Of a stretch of 64,000 bases of DNA, positions 55,700 to 64,000 are shown one piece after another (positions within the stretch are counted from its first letter, which is position 1; every line of letters begins with the position of its first letter). The notes under the pieces were generated by a model that was not told the origin of the DNA, searched no databases, and saw only the letters and a list, made by a program, of their open reading frames with translations. The translations under genes were made by a program, and so were the position numbers. Origin of the DNA: Candidatus Sericytochromatia bacterium (GTDB taxonomy: Bacteria > Cyanobacteriota > Sericytochromatia > UBA7694 > JACMQJ01); NCBI GenBank assembly GCA_046328015.1, contig JAXLXH010000001.1, positions 796,131-860,130 on the forward strand, in the 5' to 3' direction.

Positions 55700-57071
55700 C
55701 TATACAATCTTTAGGTATTTCAACAGTAAAAAGTTCTTCTTTAATAATTTTTTCATTGATAGAAGAGTTTTTTATAATATTGATAGGGTTATCTGAACAA
55801 CCACCTATACATACTTTACAATTAAGTTTATCTATTGCTATAACATAAAATTTATCTTTAACTTCAATTATTTTTCCACAAAAACCTTGGTTATTATCCC
55901 AATAATTAATACAAACCCTACTACCTTCCTTCATATCAGGTTTATTAGTATTTTCTACTTTTTTTATATAATTATCATAATCAAAAATTAGCTGTCCTTT
56001 TTTATTTATATAATAAAGATAATTTACTTTAGCTAATCCAGAATAAAATTTTTCTGCAAAATCAAATTGAGGTTCAATAACATAATTACCTGTATTATCT
56101 ACATATCCATATTTATTATCTATTTTTACTAAAGAAAGACCTTCTGAAAAATTATCCGCAAAATCAAAGTTATTTCTACTTATAATTTCCCCTTTTTTAT
56201 CTATAAAAGTCCATTTACCATTTATTTTAGCTGGAGCTATATTTTCTTTAAAATCTTTAATAGCTTCAAAAATAGGCTTTATTACAAAACTTCCTTTTTT
56301 ATCTATAAAGCCAAATTTACCTTCAAATTTTACTTTGGCTAAACCTTCATGAAATTTTTCTGCATACTGAAATTTATTTTCAATTATTTTTTTAGATGTT
56401 TTATCTACATATCCGTATTTACCATTAATCAAAGCATAAGAAAGACCTTCTGAGAAGTTTTTCATATAATCGGTTTTTGCTCTAAGTATAACTTTACCTT
56501 TTTTATCTATATAAGTAGTATCTCCATTAGATACACTAGCCCAAGCAATACCATCAGAAAATTTTTCTGCATAATCATATTTAGCTTGAATAACTAATTT
56601 ACCATTTCTATCTATAAAACCATATTTATTATTGTATTTTACTTTAGCTAAATCTTCATAAAAAGGGAAAGCTTCTTCATATAAAGGTTTAACTACTATT
56701 TTTAAATTATTTTTATCTATAAAACCATATTTACCATTTTTATCTCTTACAATTAAAAAATTATCGTCAGTATAGTTTTTTATTTCATAAAATTGAGGTT
56801 CTAAAACTTCTCCTTTATTATTAACAAAGCCATAAAGATTTTTTATTCTTATTACAGAAACATCATTAATAAAATTTCCTGCATAATCAAATTTAGCTAT
56901 GATAGATATATTCCCAGAAGTATCAATAAAACCATATTTTTGAGTTAAATGATTTTCAAAAGGTAAAAGTTTAACCTCTTCTGCTTTGGAAGAATTAATA
57001 AAAAATAAATTAAAAAGCAAAAATAAATTTATAAAAAATATAAGTTTTTTTTTATCTTTTCTATGGTACAT
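55695..57071 (-). CDS. WG-repeat-containing secreted protein with Cys-rich C-terminal domain
   Basis: Many YGFIDxxG...FSEGLA repeats; signal peptide; C-terminal CINY...FCG...CKVCIGGC...DC. Confidence 0.9.
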   Translation of the reverse strand: MYHRKDKKKLIFFINLFLLFNLFFINSSKAEEVKLLPFENHLTQKYGFIDTSGNISIIAKFDYAGNFINDVSVIRIKNLYGFVNNKGEVLEPQFYEIKNYTDDNFLIVRDKNGKYGFIDKNNLKIVVKPLYEEAFPFYEDLAKVKYNNKYGFIDRNGKLVIQAKYDYAEKFSDGIAWASVSNGDTTYIDKKGKVILRAKTDYMKNFSEGLSYALINGKYGYVDKTSKKIIENKFQYAEKFHEGLAKVKFEGKFGFIDKKGSFVIKPIFEAIKDFKENIAPAKINGKWTFIDKKGEIISRNNFDFADNFSEGLSLVKIDNKYGYVDNTGNYVIEPQFDFAEKFYSGLAKVNYLYYINKKGQLIFDYDNYIKKVENTNKPDMKEGSRVCINYWDNNQGFCGKIIEVKDKFYVIAIDKLNCKVCIGGCSDNPINIIKNSSINEKIIKEELFTVEIPKDCIE

Positions 57072-57082
57072 AATTATTAATT

Positions 57083-59446
57083 TTACTTTAATAAAGGAGC
57101 TATAACTTCAAAAGAATGATCTTCTTTTTTATACTCAATAAGATTTAAATGAAAACCTCTTCCAAACCCTATTCTTACAAACCCTTTATATTTAGTAAGT
57201 AAATCTAATGAAGCTAAACTAAACCCTTTTCTTGGTTCTACAGTTCTTTCATAAAAAAGTTTTAAGCTATCTGAAGAAAATTCTTCATTTGATATATATA
57301 TTGCTGCACCTATATCACCAGCTTTAACCAATTTTTTCTTTACTTGAATACTATCTTCTAAAAATTTTTCTATAGTTTCTTTCTTTCCATTACCAAAACC
57401 AACTAAAAATAATAGCTTTTTATAACCTTCTCCCTTTACTTCTCCATGTATTACCATTGGAAATTTATAAAAATTACCATCCTCACCTTGATATTTTTCA
57501 AAAAATTTAAATTTTTCAATAGCTGGAATCCAAGAATAAACATATTTTAAAGAGTTCATATTTCCAGAAGAATTTAATAGATAAAAATACTCATGAGTAA
57601 ACCACTCGGCAAAATAATTATAAATAGTATTTTTAATAAAACTTTCAATTGATATATTTGATTCTTCAATAAAACTAAGATTTTTTTCAATGTCTATTTT
57701 GAAGTCTAAAATAGTATTTTGTTTTACTTCTTTTACTATATGTATAGGGATCTCTTGGCTACCTAAGTCTAAAATAGTATTTAAAGTTGATTTATTATTA
57801 TCAGTATACTTTAATCTTATTTCAACATTTTTTATAATTTCTTCGATACTAGGTCCTATTATTTCAGGAATTATTTTGTAAGCATTAAAAATTACTCCAG
57901 TAGAAATTAAAAGTGTTTTTAAATTTTTAATTTCTGATAAACCAAAAGCTTCTGAACTATTTAAATAAGTAAAAAATATTTCTTCGCCTTGATAATAACC
58001 TGCATAAAAAACATTATTTTCAGTATAACAACTAATATAACCAGTAAATTTTTCAGACGCTAAATTTTCTATTATAGGTATAATATCAACAATAGAAGAA
58101 TCTAAGGATTTATGAATAGAATCATGTTTTCCAGAAATAATAGAAGATATAATTAACGGGGCATAAAAATCTTTGTCTTGTGGTATTTTTAGTTCTAACT
58201 TATCAACTTTACTTGGTAAATTATAAAAAACATTATCTCCTACAGCTAAAGATTTTGTACATAAAGAACCAACAAAATTACCATCATAAACAAATAAATA
58301 TTGTTCATGATTTACTAGCAATAACCCTGTAAAAGCTCTTCCAAATAAAGAAGGTTCTATTACTTTTTTTATAGCATCTTGTAAAGATATTTTTACACTT
58401 TCTGTTTTCCAAGAGCTAATCATTCTATCAACCCAGTTATAATCGCTTTTTAACTCTTGGATAAAAACCTTATTTACAGAAGTTTTTTTCAAAGAAGTAG
58501 TTCTAAAAGATGTATTTCCACTATCATTTAATATGAGCGTATTTTGTTGATTATTACTAGTAGAAACTGTTACTCCAAAAAAACTTCCTATATTTATATT
58601 AGAAATTTCACTATTAAATAACTTAGAAATTTCTTTAGCCATTTCTGAAGCTCTTTGATAACGCCTATTTGGATCTTTTTCAAGAGCCTTAGAAATAACT
58701 AAATCTGCAGCTAATGGAAGTGTTTTATCAAATGATGTAACTGGGTCAGGAATTTTTTTCATAATCTTAAAAACCATATCACCTAAATTTTTCCCATCAA
58801 AAGGAACATTTCCTGTTAAAAGTTCATATAGAGTTGCCCCTAAGGAGTAAATATCAGCTCTATGATCCACACTAGCTGAGTCTTCTAATTGTTCTGGAGA
58901 AATATACATCATACTACCTAATAAAGCACCTGTTTGAGTTAATCTCTTTTTTTCTTTACTAAGTTGGGCTATACCAAAATCAGTTAATTTAGGAATCCCT
59001 TTTTTAGATAAAATAATATTATCTGGTTTTATATCTCTATGAACAATTCCATTATCATGTGCATAATCTAGAGCTGCACATATTTGTAATATTATATTTA
59101 TGGTTAATTCTACGGGTATCTTTTTTTGTTCTTTTACTATAGTAGATAAAGTTTTACCATCTATATATTCCATAACCATATAATATTGCTCATTTACATT
59201 ACCTATATCATAAATACTAACAATATTAGTATGCGATAATTTAGCAATAGCTTTAGCTTCTCTTTTAAATCTGCCTACAGCTTCATCTATATCTACATCT
59301 TGAGAATTTGAAATTTCTAAAACCTTTATAGCAACTTGTCTTTCTAATCTATTATCGGTAGCAAGGTAAACAGTACCCATACCACCTTTTCCAAGTTCTT
59401 TTTCTATTGTATAGTTTTTAGCTAATTCGGTTAAAAGGTCACTCAT
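57083..59446 (-). CDS. Hanks-type Ser/Thr protein kinase with long cytoplasmic C-terminal region
   Basis: LGKGGMGTVY, VAIK, HRDIKPDN, DFGIA, YISPEQ; no TM segment. Confidence 0.93.
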   Translation of the reverse strand: MSDLLTELAKNYTIEKELGKGGMGTVYLATDNRLERQVAIKVLEISNSQDVDIDEAVGRFKREAKAIAKLSHTNIVSIYDIGNVNEQYYMVMEYIDGKTLSTIVKEQKKIPVELTINIILQICAALDYAHDNGIVHRDIKPDNIILSKKGIPKLTDFGIAQLSKEKKRLTQTGALLGSMMYISPEQLEDSASVDHRADIYSLGATLYELLTGNVPFDGKNLGDMVFKIMKKIPDPVTSFDKTLPLAADLVISKALEKDPNRRYQRASEMAKEISKLFNSEISNINIGSFFGVTVSTSNNQQNTLILNDSGNTSFRTTSLKKTSVNKVFIQELKSDYNWVDRMISSWKTESVKISLQDAIKKVIEPSLFGRAFTGLLLVNHEQYLFVYDGNFVGSLCTKSLAVGDNVFYNLPSKVDKLELKIPQDKDFYAPLIISSIISGKHDSIHKSLDSSIVDIIPIIENLASEKFTGYISCYTENNVFYAGYYQGEEIFFTYLNSSEAFGLSEIKNLKTLLISTGVIFNAYKIIPEIIGPSIEEIIKNVEIRLKYTDNNKSTLNTILDLGSQEIPIHIVKEVKQNTILDFKIDIEKNLSFIEESNISIESFIKNTIYNYFAEWFTHEYFYLLNSSGNMNSLKYVYSWIPAIEKFKFFEKYQGEDGNFYKFPMVIHGEVKGEGYKKLLFLVGFGNGKKETIEKFLEDSIQVKKKLVKAGDIGAAIYISNEEFSSDSLKLFYERTVEPRKGFSLASLDLLTKYKGFVRIGFGRGFHLNLIEYKKEDHSFEVIAPLLK

Positions 59447-59673
59447 TAAAAAATTAGTTCCATTAAATATTAAGCATAGTAAAATTATAACTTAAAAATA
59501 TATATTAGTTAATTATATGTATTAATTTGATTTTCATTACTTCCTTTATATTAGTATGTAAAATATTTTTTAAGTTTTTTTTAAATTATTTATATAATAT
59601 GATTTAGAGCATGGCTAAAAGTAATTTTTTATTGTATATTTTTATTTAACCTTAAATGTATTAGAGTCTAAAA

Positions 59674-60057
59674 ATGTTTAATATTTTAAAATCTAAAAAA
59701 AATAAAATATCTGATAGTGATAATCCTTTGGCAATGATTAATGAAGCTAAAGCTATGACTAATGATAGAGATGAAAAAAGATTAGAAACAGCAAACAATT
59801 TATATAATGAAGCTTTAATACTTATTGAAGAGTTTAAGAAAACCAATGATGCTAATATTTTAGAAGAAGCTTCAGGAAAACTTGAGGAGTCACTTAAATA
59901 TAGTAGATCAAAAGGAGAAACTTATTTCTGGTTAGCCTATGTTTTATATATATACAAAAAAGATAAAGAAGCTTTTGCTTATTTAAAAATAGCTGAGGAA
60001 TTATCTCCAGACTACCCAAAAATAAACGAATTTAAAAATATAATTTCTAGTACATAA
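59674..60057 (+). CDS. Small TPR-like protein
   Basis: Helical pairs; GETYFWLAYVLY...AFAYLKIAEELSPDY. Confidence 0.7.
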   Translation: MFNILKSKKNKISDSDNPLAMINEAKAMTNDRDEKRLETANNLYNEALILIEEFKKTNDANILEEASGKLEESLKYSRSKGETYFWLAYVLYIYKKDKEAFAYLKIAEELSPDYPKINEFKNIISST

Positions 60058-60069
60058 AGGAGCTTTAAA

Positions 60070-60813
60070 ATGATAACACCTTCAAGCGTAGGTATCCCTA
60101 CTTATAAACCTGTTACAACAAAAGATGTTGATCAAGTTAAACAGCAAGTAGTAAATACTATTAAGCAAGAAATTCCTAAAGTTCCTAGTTCTATATCAAC
60201 ACCAGTAAAATCTGCTATTTCTAGTTTATCATCAGTATCAGATTCAATTTCAGGAGTAAAAGCAGATGTAGATAGAATAAAAAAATTAGCTTCTATAGAT
60301 ACCGAAATTCATACTTCATCATCTTCAAGCTCTGATACTATGAGTCATGGAACTAAAATTACTGACTCTGGAGTTTCAGGTCATGCAGAAGTTGCACATG
60401 GTAGTGCATCAACTAGTGCAGAGTTTAATGGAGCTAAAGTAGATGCTAATGCACATGGTAAATTACTTTCTGTAAAAGGTAGTGCGAATCTTGAAGATGG
60501 TTTACATGCAGAAGTTAGTGTAGCTCATGGTAAAGCTTCAGCTTCAGCTACAATTGGTGGAAAAGGAGTTGAAGCTTCAGTTGAAGCTGGTGTATTATCT
60601 GCAAGAGCTGGAATTAACTCTGAGTTTGTTGGAGCAAGTGCTACTTTAGGAAAAGTAAGCACAGGAGTAGATGTTGCAGGGGTTGGTTCATTTGGAGTTG
60701 GATTAACTGCTGGAGCAGGATTTGAAATTAATCCAGATAAAATTACTGTATCTCTAGGTGTTGAAATTACAATACCTAATCCAGCTAAATTAATAAAATC
60801 ACTTTGGTCATAA
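60070..60813 (+). CDS. Ser/Gly/Ala-rich hypothetical protein with repetitive beta-strand C-terminus
   Basis: AGGAG RBS; repeated AEVAHG/AEVSVAHG and ASATxG segments; no signal peptide. Confidence 0.75.
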   Translation: MITPSSVGIPTYKPVTTKDVDQVKQQVVNTIKQEIPKVPSSISTPVKSAISSLSSVSDSISGVKADVDRIKKLASIDTEIHTSSSSSSDTMSHGTKITDSGVSGHAEVAHGSASTSAEFNGAKVDANAHGKLLSVKGSANLEDGLHAEVSVAHGKASASATIGGKGVEASVEAGVLSARAGINSEFVGASATLGKVSTGVDVAGVGSFGVGLTAGAGFEINPDKITVSLGVEITIPNPAKLIKSLWS

Positions 60814-60843
60814 TATAAATTAAAACAACTTTTGGTTAATTAC

Positions 60844-60885
60844 ATGGTATATCTAAGTATTTAAATTTTAGATATACCATTTTTT
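60844..60885. terminator. Bidirectional terminator hairpin
   Basis: ATGGTATATCTAA...TTAGATATACCAT followed by a T-run, between convergent genes. Confidence 0.75.
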
Positions 60886-60888
60886 AAA

Positions 60889-62262
60889 TTAATTTTTTGT
60901 AGAAACAGTTAAAACATGTGGTGGTGTAGCATCAGCAGGATAAACATAAGAAACTTTCACATTTTTTACTTCATTTGGTTTTAAAACAAAATCTTGTAAA
61001 GAAATTCCTTTTTGCCCAAATCTTTGAACTAAATGTATATATTTTTCATTATTATCAAATTCTAATTTTATTTCACCTCTAAAACAAATTCTTTCTGGAG
61101 GCTCTTCAAAAAAACTTAGCTCTTTTTGCTCTTTTTTCTCTGGTAATCTTATTGGGCTATCAAAACTAAGTGAAACGGTTTTATTTTCATTAGTATTATT
61201 ATACAAAGGTATTTCTACTTCGTATGTTACTCCATAATTAGAATGAGATTGATATGCAGTATCATCATATCTTTTTTTCATTTCACCACTTTGTACTTGG
61301 TTTGTTCCAAAAGTATTGTTATAAACTGTATTTAATACAAAAGAAAATCCATTACCTTTTTCAGGGATAAGCAATTTATCATTATCATTAACTATTTTAC
61401 CAATCCATTTATTTCCTTCAGCTACTCCAGAAACTCTACCATAAATAAAAGGTTTACCTTTTTCTAAAGGTTTATCTAAGGGGCTAGGTATTTTATCTCT
61501 TTGTTCTGATAAATTACCTTTATTTAGTATATTTATCCAATCTTGTAAAGTTGGTTTGGTTGAAAAGAAAAACATTTCTTTTTCATATAAAGCTAAATCT
61601 GCAATATTTACAGGGCCAGAGCTTTTTAATTTGATTAGAGTAGTTCTTCCATTGATATAAGGGGCTAACAAAGTTTTTATCGGAATAGGTAGTTCTTTTA
61701 ATAAAATTATTTCATTAGGTTGTAATCTTATTTCTTTTTCTAAAAAATTTTTTTCTCTTAAAATATCTTGAGATACTCTATCACCTGGGCCTGCAAAAAA
61801 TCTACCATCATTATTTTCAATAAAATTATCTAGTTTTACAAAAGGTGCATCAGGTTGACTTAAATAACTTGCAGAAGCTAAAATTTTTACTCTTATTAAT
61901 TTATTTGTAGGATTTCCTAATAAAATACCTTGGTATAAAGTAGTTAAATCTCCTTTTTTTCTTTCTACTGCTATATGATGAGTAAATATATCAAATTCAC
62001 CTTCAAATTCTTGTTCTAAATGAGCATTTTTATTTTCTTTTCCTTCTGATGAAAAAGTAGAAAGTAAAATACCTTCTGTTTTTACAATTTCAGGACTATT
62101 ACTATTAAAAACCAAATTTTTAGTTAATTTTCCTTGTAAAGGATAAGTTTTATAAGGTAAGTTAAATTTTTTAGGTTCAATTTTTTTATCTTCAGCAGAT
62201 GCAAAAAAACAAGATGAACATAATAAAATAGTAGTTAAAAATATTTTTGTATTGAATTTCAT
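60889..62262 (-). CDS. DUF3370 family protein
   Basis: LVFNSNSPEIVKTEGILLSTF, DIFTHHI, SYLSQPDAPF, GPGDRV, YGRVSGV, NYGVTY, YPADATPPHVLTV. Confidence 0.82.
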   Translation of the reverse strand: MKFNTKIFLTTILLCSSCFFASAEDKKIEPKKFNLPYKTYPLQGKLTKNLVFNSNSPEIVKTEGILLSTFSSEGKENKNAHLEQEFEGEFDIFTHHIAVERKKGDLTTLYQGILLGNPTNKLIRVKILASASYLSQPDAPFVKLDNFIENNDGRFFAGPGDRVSQDILREKNFLEKEIRLQPNEIILLKELPIPIKTLLAPYINGRTTLIKLKSSGPVNIADLALYEKEMFFFSTKPTLQDWINILNKGNLSEQRDKIPSPLDKPLEKGKPFIYGRVSGVAEGNKWIGKIVNDNDKLLIPEKGNGFSFVLNTVYNNTFGTNQVQSGEMKKRYDDTAYQSHSNYGVTYEVEIPLYNNTNENKTVSLSFDSPIRLPEKKEQKELSFFEEPPERICFRGEIKLEFDNNEKYIHLVQRFGQKGISLQDFVLKPNEVKNVKVSYVYPADATPPHVLTVSTKN

Positions 62263-62604
62263 TTTTCTTATTGTTATACCATAATAAACATTTTAAAATA
62301 TAATATCATTTTATCTGAATACATTAGACATATATCATTTTTATATAAAAATAGATTAAAAATTTAAATTTATTGAGATTATAAAAGATATTTTTAATGC
62401 TATAAGTATGCTATTGTGTGTTCCCTGTAGAAAAATTTGTTTTTTATTTATATTTGTTGAAAGTATTGTTAGATTAAAAATAGTATTTCTACAGTTTAAT
62501 TTTTATTTAAATTTACCTTATAAAAAACACTTTTTTATATTACAAATAAACCTTACTATGCTATAATTTATTATTATCTTTTTTATAATATTTGGGTCCT
62601 ATTT

Positions 62605-64000
62605 ATGAAAAAAAGTTTAGCACTATCATTATCTTTTTTAGTTATTTCAACATCTTTTGCTTGTAAAAACAATAACTCAGAAACAATTACAACAGAAGAA
62701 AACTCTTATATTTCATCTACTCCTAAAAAAGGAGAAAGTAGAACTACTGGAAATAATATTTTTTTATTTGCCAAAAATAATGCCAAAGTAAAATTACAAA
62801 AATCTGGTTCTATAAAAGGAGATGGTATTTATAGCGATCAAACAGAATTGTATTTTTCTGATACAGATGTAAGTAGAAATGAAAATGTAAAAGTAAAACT
62901 AAGATCTTATAAAGATAATTTAGATTCAGCTTCTATTTCTTTTAGTGATGGAAGAAATGTAGAAATGAAAAAAGATAGTACTGTTAAAAATGATATTTTT
63001 GACTTTTGGGTAGCAGATGTTAACTCAGGTTCTTCTAATTCTAGATACAAGTTTGTACTTAAAAGTGGTAATGACACAGCTTATTATGATGCTCTAGGTT
63101 TTTCAGGAAATGATAGAGGTTTTGATGTAAGCTTTTTTATGACTCCAGATTTTAAAACTCCAGATTGGGGTAAAGATGCTATATATTATCAAATATTTGT
63201 AGATAGATTTTATAATGGAAATACTAAAAATGATGTAAAAGATAATGAATACATGTTCCCATATCCAGAAGATCCTAATAACCAATTTAATAATAAAGTA
63301 AAAGCTATGAAATGGGGAGATCTTCCAGAACAACCTGCTAAAAACAGAGATTTCTTTGGAGGAGATATAGAAGGTGTAAGACAAAAGTTACCTTACTTAC
63401 AAAGTTTAGGTATTAATACTATTTATTTTAATCCTATTTTTACTTCACCTAGTAATCATAAATATGATACACAAGATTATAGAACAATAGATCCTCATTT
63501 TGCTAGTAATGAAGAATTCAAAAACTTTGTTAAAGAAGCTCATTCAAAAGGCTTTAAAGTAGTTTTAGATGGAGTTTTTAATCATACAGGAAGTTGGCAC
63601 AGATGGTTTGATAGAGCTGGTAAATACGATACTGTAGGAGCTTTTGAGAATCAAAGTAGTCCTTGGATTGATTTTTATAACTTTAGCCAATGGCCTAAAA
63701 ACTATATCAGTTGGTGGGGTTTTGATACATTACCAAAATTAAATTATGCTTCTTCTAAATTAAGAGGAGAAGTTTATGGAAATTCTGATTCTATTGCAAA
63801 AACTTGGATAAAAGAATATGGTATAGATGGTTGGAGATTAGATGTACCTAATGAAGCTGGTCCTAATGGTGGTAGTGATGACCATTCAATTTGGAAAGGT
63901 TTCAGACAAGCAGTAAAAAGTGCTAATCCTAATGCTATTATTCATGGAGAACTTTGGAAAGGTGCTCAACCATTTTTACAAGGTGATGAGTTTGATGGTG
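62605..64000 (+). CDS. GH13 alpha-amylase family (neopullulanase/cyclomaltodextrinase-like) lipoprotein, truncated by the window end
   Basis: ATG 62605, lipobox SFAC; YQIFVDRFYNG, FFGGDIEG, SNHKYDT, LDGVFNH, GWRLDVPNE, HGELW. Confidence 0.92.
   Translation, partial: MKKSLALSLSFLVISTSFACKNNNSETITTEENSYISSTPKKGESRTTGNNIFLFAKNNAKVKLQKSGSIKGDGIYSDQTELYFSDTDVSRNENVKVKLRSYKDNLDSASISFSDGRNVEMKKDSTVKNDIFDFWVADVNSGSSNSRYKFVLKSGNDTAYYDALGFSGNDRGFDVSFFMTPDFKTPDWGKDAIYYQIFVDRFYNGNTKNDVKDNEYMFPYPEDPNNQFNNKVKAMKWGDLPEQPAKNRDFFGGDIEGVRQKLPYLQSLGINTIYFNPIFTSPSNHKYDTQDYRTIDPHFASNEEFKNFVKEAHSKGFKVVLDGVFNHTGSWHRWFDRAGKYDTVGAFENQSSPWIDFYNFSQWPKNYISWWGFDTLPKLNYASSKLRGEVYGNSDSIAKTWIKEYGIDGWRLDVPNEAGPNGGSDDHSIWKGFRQAVKSANPNAIIHGELWKGAQPFLQGDEFDG

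Noticed and set aside
405-63384. Short antisense or overlapping ORFs in the track (405, 985, 1957, 10913, 14738, 15066, 15715, 21552, 24583, 32649, 36416, 37881, 44738, 47524, 48886, 51156, 51789, 52853, 55519, 57690, 59661, 63103)
   Set aside because: They lie opposite or inside well-supported genes, IS remnants or repeats and show no motifs; they are typical shadow frames.

Overview
Very AT-rich chromosomal window from a diderm bacterium (TolC/RND pump, TonB-dependent receptor, lipoproteins). Genes resembling the cyanobacterial DUF3326 and DUF3370 families, together with YlqD and DUF445 and no photosynthesis genes, suggest a non-photosynthetic relative of Cyanobacteria such as Sericytochromatia (inference). 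Most of the window is housekeeping: moeB-like, murL-murD2, a B12 mutase, nth, rpsU, glpD, ylqD-rimM, ugd-uxs, prfC, trmD, folA, hup, a TolC-MFP-RND operon with its two-component system, and a GH13 amylase cut by the window end. No rRNA, tRNA, CRISPR array, prophage or intact transposase was seen. Best leads: (1) a tightly coupled four-gene operon of HAD phosphatase, degenerate GGDEF with intact I-site, RING-like/PDY-repeat/Zn-ribbon/WD40 protein and MoxR AAA+ ATPase, with no vWA partner nearby; (2) a MurL-MurD2 L-Glu epimerisation route for peptidoglycan in an unexpected lineage; (3) a dispersed, modular family of heptamer/nonamer arrays and REP/MITE-like elements, one pair of which brackets an orphan Imm11-like immunity gene plus a putative toxin-tip remnant as 34-bp direct repeats; (4) a small accessory island (about 12.4-16.0 kb) with attC-like hairpins, an IS21 remnant and an Rpn gene; (5) several enzymes with shifted or degenerate motifs (IcmA-type mutase, pseudo-PilB ATPase, a kinase with an unusual tail). 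All family calls come from motif recognition by eye; no database searches were run.
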